Virus record (IMG/VR): IMGVR_UViG_2784746785_000001
Span: 1-64,000 of that record
Strand: one strand, 5' to 3'
Length of the DNA: 64,000 nucleotides
Source: a virus
Taxonomy: Duplodnaviria > Caudoviricetes
The notes under the pieces are model-generated. The model was given only the letters and a program-made list of their open reading frames with translations, was not told the DNA's origin and made no database searches. Positions 37,237 to 46,950 of the stretch are shown one piece after another. Every line of letters starts with the position of its first letter. Position 1 is the first letter of the stretch. Made by a program: the position numbers and the translations under genes.

Positions 37237-37761
37237 TTAGAACCAGTCCGGGAACTGTTCGGACATCGCTTCGGGGAACTCCTCACAAAGTTTCTCCCTG
37301 GCTTTTTCCAAACGGGACCGGAAAGTCGTCCGCTTGATGCCGATGATGTCAGCGATGGCTTCATCGGAGAGACCGTCCTCGCGGAGCTTGCCGATCTGGA
37401 TGGCTTCCGGCATGAGCTCCTGCAGACGCTTGAGCAACTGGGCGAGCTCGGCTTCATCGGCGAGCACCTCCTCGATGAGCGGCGCGTCGTCCGGCACGTA
37501 GTCGCCGAGCGTTCCCCCGCCGTCAGGCAGAGGATCATCAAGGGAGACGGTCGTGCTGTTGTGGAATTCGCAGTCCGGGCAGTTGCCGTCGCACAGCCAC
37601 CATTTGCTGCGCGGACAGAAGCATTCGCCTCGATACTGCATGCGCTTCCTGAGCGCTGTGCGCCAGCGGTCATACTCGCGGTACTGGTCCTCCGGGACCT
37701 CGTACCAGGTGCGAGTGGTCTTGTCGTAGATGCGTTTACTCTGGTTGTCATTGGTTTTCAT
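37237..37761 (-). CDS. Sigma-70 region-4 (ECF-like) phage transcriptional regulator with Cys cluster
   Basis: CFCP...CDGNCPDCEF; VSLD; C-terminal HTH LSDEAIADIIGIKRTTFRSRLEKA. Confidence 0.8.
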   Translation of the reverse strand: MKTNDNQSKRIYDKTTRTWYEVPEDQYREYDRWRTALRKRMQYRGECFCPRSKWWLCDGNCPDCEFHNSTTVSLDDPLPDGGGTLGDYVPDDAPLIEEVLADEAELAQLLKRLQELMPEAIQIGKLREDGLSDEAIADIIGIKRTTFRSRLEKAREKLCEEFPEAMSEQFPDWF

Positions 37762-37802
37762 GTGCGATACCTCCGTTCGCTTCTCCCGAACCGGAGGCCG
37801 CA

Positions 37803-37980
37803 CAAAAAAAGCGTGGCAGGCCAGACGGAACGGGAATTCAACTCGTTTCGTTCGGCCAGCCACGCTCGTAGACTGGTTTCTTATTCACTTGTGACCGCTA
37901 TGGCAGCTCGAGCCACCTCTGTGCACCGGGGTGAACCGCCATGACGGTGAGCCTTTTAACGCCATACTCAGGGCAATGCA
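37803..37980 (-). ncRNA. Candidate structured leader RNA (pseudoknot + terminator) upstream of the sigma-like gene
   Basis: GCC-CTGAGTAT-GGC...GCTCA H-type pseudoknot at 37945-37976; long AGCGTGGC/GCCACGCT stem followed by T7 at 37803-37866. Confidence 0.35.
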
Positions 37981-37990
37981 AATTACCTAA

Positions 37991-38185
37991 TTAGCGAAGA
38001 TCCGCCTCTATGGCGTAAAGCTCGCTGAATACGTCCGGCAGATCCGCCGGATCAAGATCCTCGGCGCCATGAGCGCCGTAACGCTGGAATACGGAATCAA
38101 TAACCTCTGGCCCGATTTCAGAGGAGATAATGGAAGCTGACTCCTCGATGCTATTGATGTAGTCCTGTTTACTAATGCTTGACAT
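37991..38185 (-). CDS. Small hypothetical early protein
   Basis: 64 aa, GGAG RBS, first gene of the leftward operon. Confidence 0.6.
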   Translation of the reverse strand: MSSISKQDYINSIEESASIISSEIGPEVIDSVFQRYGAHGAEDLDPADLPDVFSELYAIEADLR

Positions 38186-38332
38186 ACTTTGTCTCCTTGT
38201 TTTGCTGGCTCCTCTTCCAGAGAAGGAGACCTGTTTTTTGCTTTGCGAGGCGCCTCACTGGATAGCGACTGATCGGTTCGCCTTTTGACTCCTCACGCTT
38301 TCTTGTTTGTGTCCTTAACGCAAACATTTAGT

Positions 38333-38361
38333 TTGACTTTTGAACGTCATCGTGCTATACT
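38333..38361 (+). promoter_or_regulatory. Sigma-A promoter for the Lamassu operon
   Basis: TTGACT-17 bp-TATACT with extended -10 TG. Confidence 0.75.
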
Positions 38362-38446
38362 TATTTGGTAGTCTTATGCATGGCACGACTCCGTCTCTGA
38401 AGTCGCTTTTAATATACGAAATCGGATTTTTGACCTGGGGATAGTT

Positions 38447-38476
38447 TGGTACGGCATGGTACGGCGTGGTACGAAA
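38447..38476 (+). repeat. 3 x 10-bp tandem repeat (TGGTACGGCA/TGGTACGGCG/TGGTACGAAA), operator-like
   Basis: Read directly; sits between the promoter and the RBS of the first cargo gene. Confidence 0.6.
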
Positions 38477-38489
38477 GTTGTGAGGAGGG

Positions 38490-39629
38490 ATGGCATTGGA
38501 ATTCAAAACCTTGTTCCAGATTTTGAAGAAGCATCTGGCTGATGGCTACGATGTACCTCATTTCTTTCGTGATCTTATGGCTATGTTGACAGAGGTTACT
38601 GAGGAGGAATGGGGAACTTCAAAAGATCCTTCCCAAGCGGGGAGAGATAAGTCTTTGCGCAGTTACGCAAAGCGCGGGCTACCTAAGAAGCTGGCACAAA
38701 CAATCGTCTATAGACTTACTCCAGAGAATGTGGTTGATAGCATCAACAGCCATGGTGAAACGCAGCGGCGATTACTTGCGGAAGATTTGGAAGGATATGA
38801 TCCCGATATAAACGCCGATAATGTTGCCGAGAAAGTTGCGGCTTGGCTGGTGGAAATAGTTCAGGTCTCTGCTGGACTTGTCCCACAGGACGAACTGACA
38901 AAGCAGAAACAGCAGCAGCTTGACGCACAGCTAAAAAGCAAATATGGCGACTACCTGCTTGCCGAAGAGGAAAACCATTGTGCGTTCCCCGGCTGCGGGC
39001 GCGAACTTGTGCTGACTAAGGACGGCAGAATCTCCTACGCATATGAGGTAAGTCTGATTGATAAAGTTGCACCGGCAGTTCCCGACAATCTTCTGGCGAT
39101 GTGTCCGCAGTGCCATGCAACCTATCTGCTTGATTCCAACAAGAAGCTATGCAAGGAACTTCAGGAGACAAAAAAGGTACTGGCAACGCATAGACAGAAT
39201 GTGCACATGCTTGATGACCTTCCCTTGGAAAAAGGAATCGTCAGCGTGATAACGAGAATCGCCAAACTGAATGAAAAGGATCTTGCAGATGCGTCGCTTG
39301 ATCCAAAGGAGATAAAGCAGAAGCTCGATCCGACAAAGGACACAGCCATCTACTATGCGGTGAACAATTACGTCGGCGTTTACTTTGTACGAATCAGAGA
39401 AATTATGATGAATCTTGATAAGCGCAGCGTCATTGACTACGAGGAAATCCAAGATCAGATGCATGCGCTGTACCGCCGCTTGAAGAAGGCGAAGAAAACT
39501 CGCCTTGAAATATTCAACGAGATAACGAACAAGGTACATCGCGTCTCGCTGCAGGATGAAATCTACTGCCAGATCGTGGTTGCCTACTTCGTTCAAAGCT
39601 GTGAGGTGTTCGATGCAATTACCGAATAA
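38490..39629 (+). CDS. lmuA: Lamassu/ABC-three-component effector (LmuA-like) with degenerate HNH-like Zn knuckle and CTD
   Basis: CAFPGC...NLLAMCPQCH; C-terminal YFVQSCEVF; first gene of a three-gene overlapping operon. Confidence 0.7.
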   Translation: MALEFKTLFQILKKHLADGYDVPHFFRDLMAMLTEVTEEEWGTSKDPSQAGRDKSLRSYAKRGLPKKLAQTIVYRLTPENVVDSINSHGETQRRLLAEDLEGYDPDINADNVAEKVAAWLVEIVQVSAGLVPQDELTKQKQQQLDAQLKSKYGDYLLAEEENHCAFPGCGRELVLTKDGRISYAYEVSLIDKVAPAVPDNLLAMCPQCHATYLLDSNKKLCKELQETKKVLATHRQNVHMLDDLPLEKGIVSVITRIAKLNEKDLADASLDPKEIKQKLDPTKDTAIYYAVNNYVGVYFVRIREIMMNLDKRSVIDYEEIQDQMHALYRRLKKAKKTRLEIFNEITNKVHRVSLQDEIYCQIVVAYFVQSCEVFDAITE

Positions 39630-39843
39630 GCTTTATTCATATGAAGAAAGCACCCTGGCATTGTTGCCGAGGGTGCTGAACGAACTGAAAAACGGGTCAG
39701 TTTCTGCGGGAGAGCTGTATCTATCGCTGAAGCATAGCCTGAAGGATCCTACGGATTTTCTATCCGCAATGGACTGCCTCTACGCTTTGCGGGCAATAGA
39801 CATGAGCGATGACGGGGAGGTTTCCATATGCTTAAAGAAATGA
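39613..39843 (+). CDS. lmuC: ABC-three-component middle component (LmuC-like)
   Basis: LPNKLYSYEES...AMDCLYALRAI; 76 aa, overlapping both neighbours. Confidence 0.7.
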   Translation: MQLPNKLYSYEESTLALLPRVLNELKNGSVSAGELYLSLKHSLKDPTDFLSAMDCLYALRAIDMSDDGEVSICLKK

Positions 39844-41480
39844 GATCCCCGGCCTTCAGAATAGATGGTGAGGAGAGACCGCCGATAACTTTTCACGAGG
39901 GATTAAATGTTGTCCTTGGAATGGGAAACGGCAAGAATTCAATAGGAAAGTCCTCTGCAATGCAGGCTATCGACTTTGTGTTCGGTGGAAGCACCTATGT
40001 CAAAGGCGACGGCGTAAAGCATGTGGGGCACCATACGATTTTCTTCACGTTTGAATTTGACGGGCAGGAATACCGCTTTGCAAGAAATACCGGTGATCCG
40101 GATATTATTCAGGTGTGTACAGACGGATATGCCTTGACCGGAGAGACGAAGGGGAAAAGCGAATTTGTTGAGTGGCTTAAAGGAAAATATGACCTTGACT
40201 ATCCCGGCTTGTCTTTCCGTTCTACACTGAGCAGTTTTTTCCGGATGCATGGGAAAAGCAATGTGAGCGCCCAGGAGACTCCACTGTATGGTGTGCGCGG
40301 GGACAGCATGCAGAAATCATTGGACCGGCTTGTCAAGTTGTTCAATCGATATAAGGACATTGAGGCTTCCAACGCCAATCTGAGGGAACAGGACGATAAG
40401 CTCACCGCATACAAGGCTGCACGGAAGTATCAGTTTGTCTCCGATCTCGTTGGCGGCGACAAGCAATATGAAGCGAATTCCGCCAAGATCCGCTCTCTGC
40501 AGGTGGAACTTGATAATCTCACTTCCGAGCAAGTGGAGGTGCATTCTGAAGAGGATATCGAAAAGCAGCAGAAGAAGGCCGAGCTTCGTGGACGAAAGCT
40601 TAAAATCGAGACGCAGATCGAGGCAAAGCAACGTCGATTGAATCTGCTGGATATGAGCCTTGAGTATGGCCTGTATCCGACACAGGCTGATCTGAAATCC
40701 CTGCAGGAGTTCTTTCCTGACGTGAATATCCGGAAGCTTTACGAGGTGGAGAACTATCATCAAAAGCTCGCCAGGATTCTCGATGACCAGTTTGAAAGCG
40801 AAAAACAGGCTGTTCTTCTTGAGATCGCGGATTTGGTAGGACAGAGAAAAGATGTCAGTGAGCAGATAAAGGCACTCGGATTTGTGGGAAACATTTCCAA
40901 GGAGTTCCTTGACAGGCATTCAGAGTTAAAGGGAACCATTGATGCGTTGAAAGCACAGAACGAGTCATATTTGACACTTCGAGATTTGAAGGAGGCAAAA
41001 AAACTCGCGAATGATCAACTGAAAAATGCCATCCGGCAGGTCCTAACTGATATCGAGCAGACCATCAATGCAAAGATGGCCGAATACAACAGCACGTTGT
41101 ATTCAGAACACCATAACCCGCCAAAGCTGACGATTAAGGAATACAATAGTTTCACGTTTGAAACTAAGGGAGACGACGGAACGGCAGCGGCTTACAAGGG
41201 AATGATCATATATGATCTTGCGATTTTGAACACTACTGGCCTTCCAGCAATCGCACATGATTCTTTGCTCTATGGTGATTTGAGTTTTGAACTGGTAGAG
41301 GGAATCATGAAGCTGTACATGCAGAATAAAAAACAGGTGTTCATTTCATTTGACAAGCAGGAGGCACATACTCCTGAAACGCAGCGGATACTTGAAGACC
41401 ATACAGTCATAAGGTTATCTGATGGAACCGGAAAGCTATATGGACAGTCATGGGATACAGAGACAGAGGATGAGTCATGA
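39828..41480 (+). CDS. lmuB: SMC-like ABC ATPase (DUF2326; LmuB-like)
   Basis: Walker A NSIGKSS, short coiled coil, degenerate signature/Walker B DDGTAAAY...IAHDS. Confidence 0.8.
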   Translation: MLKEMRSPAFRIDGEERPPITFHEGLNVVLGMGNGKNSIGKSSAMQAIDFVFGGSTYVKGDGVKHVGHHTIFFTFEFDGQEYRFARNTGDPDIIQVCTDGYALTGETKGKSEFVEWLKGKYDLDYPGLSFRSTLSSFFRMHGKSNVSAQETPLYGVRGDSMQKSLDRLVKLFNRYKDIEASNANLREQDDKLTAYKAARKYQFVSDLVGGDKQYEANSAKIRSLQVELDNLTSEQVEVHSEEDIEKQQKKAELRGRKLKIETQIEAKQRRLNLLDMSLEYGLYPTQADLKSLQEFFPDVNIRKLYEVENYHQKLARILDDQFESEKQAVLLEIADLVGQRKDVSEQIKALGFVGNISKEFLDRHSELKGTIDALKAQNESYLTLRDLKEAKKLANDQLKNAIRQVLTDIEQTINAKMAEYNSTLYSEHHNPPKLTIKEYNSFTFETKGDDGTAAAYKGMIIYDLAILNTTGLPAIAHDSLLYGDLSFELVEGIMKLYMQNKKQVFISFDKQEAHTPETQRILEDHTVIRLSDGTGKLYGQSWDTETEDES

Positions 41481-41761
41481 AGAGAAAAATGAGCTATAAG
41501 AAACTGTGGAAGTTGCTGATTGACAGAGATATGAAAAAAACAGACCTCAGAACAGGAGCGGGTATCAGTTCGTCTTCCCTCGCTAAGCTCAGCAAGGACG
41601 AAAATGTCACGACAGATGTTTTGCTGCGGATATGTGACTCGTTGGATGTAGATTTGAATGATATAGCAGAAACTGTGCCTGAAGGTGAAACAGTTGTAGA
41701 AGTAAGAGCTGAGAAACGCAGGCGAACGGCAACAAAACAACATAGGATTGAAAGAACCTGA
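41477..41761 (+). CDS. Cro/C1-type HTH (HTH_26) regulator
   Basis: SYKKLWKLLIDRDMKKTDL...LAKL...VTTDVLLRIC. Confidence 0.9.
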   Translation: MKRKMSYKKLWKLLIDRDMKKTDLRTGAGISSSSLAKLSKDENVTTDVLLRICDSLDVDLNDIAETVPEGETVVEVRAEKRRRTATKQHRIERT

Positions 41762-41860
41762 TGAGGATATGATAGAGATTTAAATTCGCAGGCACAAAAG
41801 GACTTATAAATAAGCTTTCTAATTTAAGCTGATATTACATAGAGAAGAGGATACTTGCAG

Positions 41861-44800
41861 ATGCTTAATAGGGAAATTCCCTTTAGACCAAAGCTTGAGG
41901 GCGATTTTCGAATTCGGTTTTACAATGCTGTATCAAGCATTACTGAACAGACTTCGCTTTTTGAAATCGAGCAAATAGCCAACGATGAAATAAGGTGGGT
42001 GCAGGATGAGTGCACCTATAATTTGGAGCAAAGAAAAAAATATAGAGCGATATGGATGCTTTTCCGCGATTTAACGAGAGCATCCTGGAAAGCGTGCTAC
42101 CGAGATGGCGTTTTATATATGAGCTTACCTAGCCTGAATGGGGCCAATTTCCACGACAGCTCATCTCCTGAGGTAAAAAGCTTATTGAGGAAATGGATGA
42201 GCGAAAGCCGCCACGAGCGCTTGGTTTCATACACTGATTTTATTCAACGGATGGAGCGCAAGAATTCAAGCGGGCATAGCATAGATGAACTTATTGCTGA
42301 TGGACAAGAATTAAGCAATAGACTAAGGAAAGCAAAAGATGGCGCTATTGATATTTCTGAGGCAGTAAAACCGTATTTACAGCTAGTAGTTGAAAATGAA
42401 AGAGATGAGTATACAGGCATAAAGACATCTGAGATATGGAGATATTTTCGCCTTACGTGGTCAACCCCTGCAGAAACCACGCCTGGAAGAACTATGCAAT
42501 ATCTTATTAGAGACGCAGCTCATCCCATGCATGCAGTTATGGGTATTGCTTCTCTTGAAAACTGTGCAGTTCAGATTACATGCCGCGATGATTTCATTGG
42601 CTGGAATCAGAAGGCTTTTATTGATCGAATCACAAAGCTGAACTCCGAACAGGCACGTGCTGAATTTGACAGACTTTTGAATTACATAGAAGTTGGCATT
42701 TCAGGGATTGATTATGAGGAACTTTGTACACAGGCAACTGTAGATAATCCGACGGATGAGGATATACAGCAACTGCTCGATATTGCCACAAGTGCTGAGC
42801 AGCGTAGGCAGGAGTTACTAAAAAAAGGTGTAATTGACGGTATAGATGAGGAAGATAAAAGCGATCTAGGGAGCATTTCAAAAGAAACCGAGGATGCGCT
42901 TTACAGAAGAAAAAGAGCGGAGCAGTTAGGACGGCTTTTGATGGCAAAAAAAGAGCTTTTAGCTGTTTATAGGTCTGAGGATTTTAATTCGATTTGGGTA
43001 GAGTTCTGTAATAGCGAGGTAGGAAATTCCTCTATAAGAACAGCTTTGGTTGCTCAAAAGACTCAACATATCGGGTCAAGCTTAATGGAACTGAATGTTT
43101 GCGGTGCTATACCACCATATAATGAAATCCTTGGAGGAAAGCTTGTCGCGCTACTGGCATTATCTCCGCAGGTAATACACGATTATAAGGAACGCTATTC
43201 AAATAAGGCTAGTATGATTGCAAGCCGACTTAAAGGTGAGGATGTCGTTCGCCCTGCTGATTTGGTGTATGTGGGAACTACATCCTTGTACTATGTTGGC
43301 TCAAGTCAATATAACAGATTAAAAATACCTGGAAGCATATTTAATGACGACTATGATGTTGTATGGAAAAAGCTTGGTATGACAATTGGCTATGGCACAA
43401 TGCATATTAGTAAGGCCACAACCCTTAGCCTTACTGAGGCAACAAGCGAAGGCTTTACTCGTATTAACCATGTATTTGGTGAAGGCGCAAGTCCTAAGAT
43501 GCGTCTTTTGACGATGGCCATCCGTGAGTTACTAGAGTCAACAAATGAGGACTCAAAGGATTTTTCAAAGCATGCCATGTCTCGAATTGTTTATGGTGCT
43601 TGTTTAGCCAAAAATACAGTGCAGTACTTAATGGGTGAAGCAGATAAACCTGATTATTACACTGATGTATCAAAATATCAGGAAGGGACACAAAAAATAA
43701 TAGATTACTGGACAAATCGATGGTTGAAAAGCAGATTGAATTTTGAACCGATTTACCAGAGAATCCGCGATTTTGATAAGAAGAACCTGATGGTTGGATA
43801 TCAGATTAATGACGATGAAAGATGGAAATTCGAGAAACTCGAGGAGGTGCCACAAATGCCAGCTAATGATGAGAATAAGGTTGGGCTGCAGTTTGTCCGT
43901 GATTTCTATAGAGGAATGAGCGCCTATGCGGATCATATCGCCCCAAAACTCCTCACGGGAATTCATCTAAAGACAAAATTAGATGATGCTGTCCTTAATG
44001 CGGCAAGGTCTGGAAAAGACGTTGTTCTCACTGGGAATCCAGGAGATGGAAAAACGCACATTATCCGCATGCTGAAGGATCAGCTAGAAAAACTGGCTGT
44101 TCCGATGGTAATCGAGCTTGATGCGAGTACTCTATCTGACGAAGAAATATATTCTCATTGGGAGCAGGCTCATAAGGATGGCAAGGCGTTTATCATAGCA
44201 ATAAATGCCGCAGTTCTTTATTCGGTTTATAAAAGCCATCCTGCGTTTGGATCTGTTAAAAATGCATATGGACAAATGGCGGATGCGATAGTCTTTCACA
44301 AAAAAGATATTGATACTAGCTCGCTTGTCGTATTTGATCTTAGTAAACGAGAGGCGCTCACGCCTGAAATACTTAGTCAGGCCATCCTTAAAATGACTGA
44401 TGAAAGCCACTATAGTGAGTGCAGGTCCTGTCCACTAAGATCAAACTGTGTGGTGCATAAAAACCGAGCGCTGCTGAGAAATGATCTTTTCCAGCAAAGG
44501 CTTGGCTTAGTATTAGAGCGAGTGTCGCTCAGAGGATATCATGCAACTATTAGAGAAATTCAAAGCTTCATTTCTTATTTGATTTTCGGTGATAGAAGTT
44601 GTAAGCAACTGAACCAGACTGCAGGGAACAGTGAATACGACCTTGTTAACCTCATATATTCAGGTAAAGGCGCGTTGTTTGACGAGATTGGAAAAGCTAT
44701 CGATCCTGTCAATATTTCTCATCCTATTTGGGATGAGAGGATACTACTAAACGACATTGATTCAAACTCATGGATTGAAGGCTTTGAGGTTCCGGCAGAG

Positions 44801-45451
44801 GCCATTGCCTATGATAATGAAGACCTTTTCAATCTTAGGAAAAGACAGTTCTTCTTTTTCAATCAGTATGGGGAGGATCTGCTTTCTATTCTTGATGATG
44901 ATATATCCAGATTCAGGACTTTTCTTCAGCAAGATGATGGAAAGATAATCAAGGAGTTAATAGGGAAACTTAATAGCTTTTTTGGAGCGACTAACGCTTC
45001 TAATTCGCGGTTACAAATATGGACGGGACATCGATACAACAATGAACCAAGAAAGGTACTTATCTCAGTTGGAACTGTAAAGAAAAGTGAATTAAGCATT
45101 GGCCATCCCAGACTTCTGTCGAGTATGCAGGAAGGAATTGATATGCTTCCTAATTATATTCGATTGGAGAAGAAGTCCTCTCCTAATACCTTTCTAAAGG
45201 TGGATTTTGAGATGTACCTTTTGCTTAATGAGGCTCAAAGAGGTGTCCCTGTTTTGTTTACGGAATCTGATCTAGTAAAGAAGGTATGGCGGTTTATCGA
45301 ACAACTACAGTCATATAGTAGTATTGATGATGAAGATATAGTTGATATTGGCCTGATGGATGTTCAGAACAAGAAAACCATTATGGTGAGCCTTGACAGG
45401 GAAGATAATAAATATTCATCGATTGAAAGCGAAAAAACAAGGGAGGCATAA
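41861..45451 (+). CDS. DUF4338/DruA-like domain fused to a DptF(DndF)-like P-loop ATPase
   Basis: N-part: WRYFRLTWS, GRTMQYLIRD...VMGI, ELNVCGAIPPYNEILGGKLVA, TTSLY...SQYNRL (DruA-like). C-part from M at 43856: VVLTGNPGDGKTH, IIAIN, CPL..C, NRALL, TIREIQSFISYLI (DptF-like). Confidence 0.7.
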   Translation: MLNREIPFRPKLEGDFRIRFYNAVSSITEQTSLFEIEQIANDEIRWVQDECTYNLEQRKKYRAIWMLFRDLTRASWKACYRDGVLYMSLPSLNGANFHDSSSPEVKSLLRKWMSESRHERLVSYTDFIQRMERKNSSGHSIDELIADGQELSNRLRKAKDGAIDISEAVKPYLQLVVENERDEYTGIKTSEIWRYFRLTWSTPAETTPGRTMQYLIRDAAHPMHAVMGIASLENCAVQITCRDDFIGWNQKAFIDRITKLNSEQARAEFDRLLNYIEVGISGIDYEELCTQATVDNPTDEDIQQLLDIATSAEQRRQELLKKGVIDGIDEEDKSDLGSISKETEDALYRRKRAEQLGRLLMAKKELLAVYRSEDFNSIWVEFCNSEVGNSSIRTALVAQKTQHIGSSLMELNVCGAIPPYNEILGGKLVALLALSPQVIHDYKERYSNKASMIASRLKGEDVVRPADLVYVGTTSLYYVGSSQYNRLKIPGSIFNDDYDVVWKKLGMTIGYGTMHISKATTLSLTEATSEGFTRINHVFGEGASPKMRLLTMAIRELLESTNEDSKDFSKHAMSRIVYGACLAKNTVQYLMGEADKPDYYTDVSKYQEGTQKIIDYWTNRWLKSRLNFEPIYQRIRDFDKKNLMVGYQINDDERWKFEKLEEVPQMPANDENKVGLQFVRDFYRGMSAYADHIAPKLLTGIHLKTKLDDAVLNAARSGKDVVLTGNPGDGKTHIIRMLKDQLEKLAVPMVIELDASTLSDEEIYSHWEQAHKDGKAFIIAINAAVLYSVYKSHPAFGSVKNAYGQMADAIVFHKKDIDTSSLVVFDLSKREALTPEILSQAILKMTDESHYSECRSCPLRSNCVVHKNRALLRNDLFQQRLGLVLERVSLRGYHATIREIQSFISYLIFGDRSCKQLNQTAGNSEYDLVNLIYSGKGALFDEIGKAIDPVNISHPIWDERILLNDIDSNSWIEGFEVPAEAIAYDNEDLFNLRKRQFFFFNQYGEDLLSILDDDISRFRTFLQQDDGKIIKELIGKLNSFFGATNASNSRLQIWTGHRYNNEPRKVLISVGTVKKSELSIGHPRLLSSMQEGIDMLPNYIRLEKKSSPNTFLKVDFEMYLLLNEAQRGVPVLFTESDLVKKVWRFIEQLQSYSSIDDEDIVDIGLMDVQNKKTIMVSLDREDNKYSSIESEKTREA

Positions 45452-45456
45452 CTGTA

Positions 45457-46950
45457 ATGGAAAGAATATACCTACGCGAAGCACGTGGAGATGTTGATAA
45501 AAAATATGTTGGATTTACTCCCAATGGGTCTGCAGTTAAGCCGGTCCATATTGCGGGAGGGTCTCTACGCTGTATCTACGGTAAATACAATCGCACGCGA
45601 AATATAAAGAAAATGGCACTTGTTTCTGATGCGAAGGGTAATGTGCCTTCTGGGAATGACGCTGATACGATTTATCAGGAGTTAGAGAATAAGGAATTAA
45701 TTGAAGATAACGTTACAGAAAACTCAGTCGAATCTATGCGAAATGAAATGCAAAGACTGCTTTCTGTAGATAGAGGTGTTTATGTCGTTAAAGGATTGAA
45801 GGATGGGATGATTTCTTACTCTGCTGGTTCAAAATACTTTTTGACTAGTAAGGCGATGTATGAGGATGCTGGAGAATTTATGGGAAGCATCGTTAGAGCC
45901 TATTGTCCTGACCTTGCGGAGTATATAAGTGAACTTCTTGATAAAGGAACAGATGCAATTACTCTGTTATTTCAACCTGTTCTTGAGGCTGACATGGAGG
46001 AATTCACTGACCAGAATCAATATGAGGATATCCCTGCGTTTCAGAGCATGAATGACCAAATGAAAAGGTTTACCACCGGCATTGCTGAAGCCGGTTCATG
46101 CCTGTTGGACAATCTGCGGCATCATCCGAATCCCTTGACACAACTGAGGCTTTTTAACTTTTTTTGCATCTTTAACTTGATTAGATATATGGCCCTGCTA
46201 GAAGCCTTTTATTGTGGTGAGTCCGTTAGACCAATCCTTCTTGATTTTAGCGGTAAAAGTCAAAGCTTTAGCAGCGTTGCTCGTGCCTCAGAGATGTCTT
46301 ATACGCAAATGTATAAATCCATCAACAGATTTTATGCGTGGGGCTATGCAAAATGGCTTGAAGACGACAAGGGATATACAAAGGACGATCTCTTAAACTC
46401 CGAAACTCCAGCATATGAGGAAGGTAAAAAGGTATCGAAAACGAGCAAGGAGGAATTAGATGCCTTGTGGACGCTTGCAAAGGAACGAGCGAGTACCCTT
46501 GATGGGGAGGAAATGTATACAGCGTTTGGCGAGACAATGTATGACATGCTTGCGCTGGAGGCCTCTTCACATCCGGTTAATTATTTGAGAGCACTCGGTA
46601 ACTTATCAGGGATTCTTTACCCGCCTGACAAATTCCATCCGAATAAGCGCTTTGTTGTTTCGCAGGATATCTTAGAGATGCTCCTGAGGAGTTGCGTTAA
46701 ATCAAGTGAAGTAATAAGTGGTCAGGATATCAGAAAACGTCTATGGGACCGCTTTGGCATTATTATAGGCGGCGGACAATTTGAAATGACGACTCTTCAC
46801 CAGAGTGGCATGATCCTTCAGATCGACGAAGATGCTCTAGAAGATAATTTCTCTGCCTTTGCATCTGTTCTTGAGTCAATGGATTTTGCAGAAATCATGG
46901 CAGATGGCATTTTGCAGATCAGATTAGGAGGCACTGAAAATGATAGATAA
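45457..46950 (+). CDS. DptG(DndG)-like protein
   Basis: 497 aa, between the DptF-like and DptH-like genes. C-terminal winged-helix-like segment GILYPP...DILEMLL...LWDRFGIIIG...EIMADG recalls the DptG C-terminus. Weak by-eye similarity only. Confidence 0.5.
   Translation: MERIYLREARGDVDKKYVGFTPNGSAVKPVHIAGGSLRCIYGKYNRTRNIKKMALVSDAKGNVPSGNDADTIYQELENKELIEDNVTENSVESMRNEMQRLLSVDRGVYVVKGLKDGMISYSAGSKYFLTSKAMYEDAGEFMGSIVRAYCPDLAEYISELLDKGTDAITLLFQPVLEADMEEFTDQNQYEDIPAFQSMNDQMKRFTTGIAEAGSCLLDNLRHHPNPLTQLRLFNFFCIFNLIRYMALLEAFYCGESVRPILLDFSGKSQSFSSVARASEMSYTQMYKSINRFYAWGYAKWLEDDKGYTKDDLLNSETPAYEEGKKVSKTSKEELDALWTLAKERASTLDGEEMYTAFGETMYDMLALEASSHPVNYLRALGNLSGILYPPDKFHPNKRFVVSQDILEMLLRSCVKSSEVISGQDIRKRLWDRFGIIIGGGQFEMTTLHQSGMILQIDEDALEDNFSAFASVLESMDFAEIMADGILQIRLGGTENDR

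Noticed and set aside
38447-38476. Short tandem repeats here and at 25971-26010 as CRISPR arrays
   Set aside because: 10-bp units without spacers, and no cas operon. DUF2800 is a Cas4-like phage replication nuclease.
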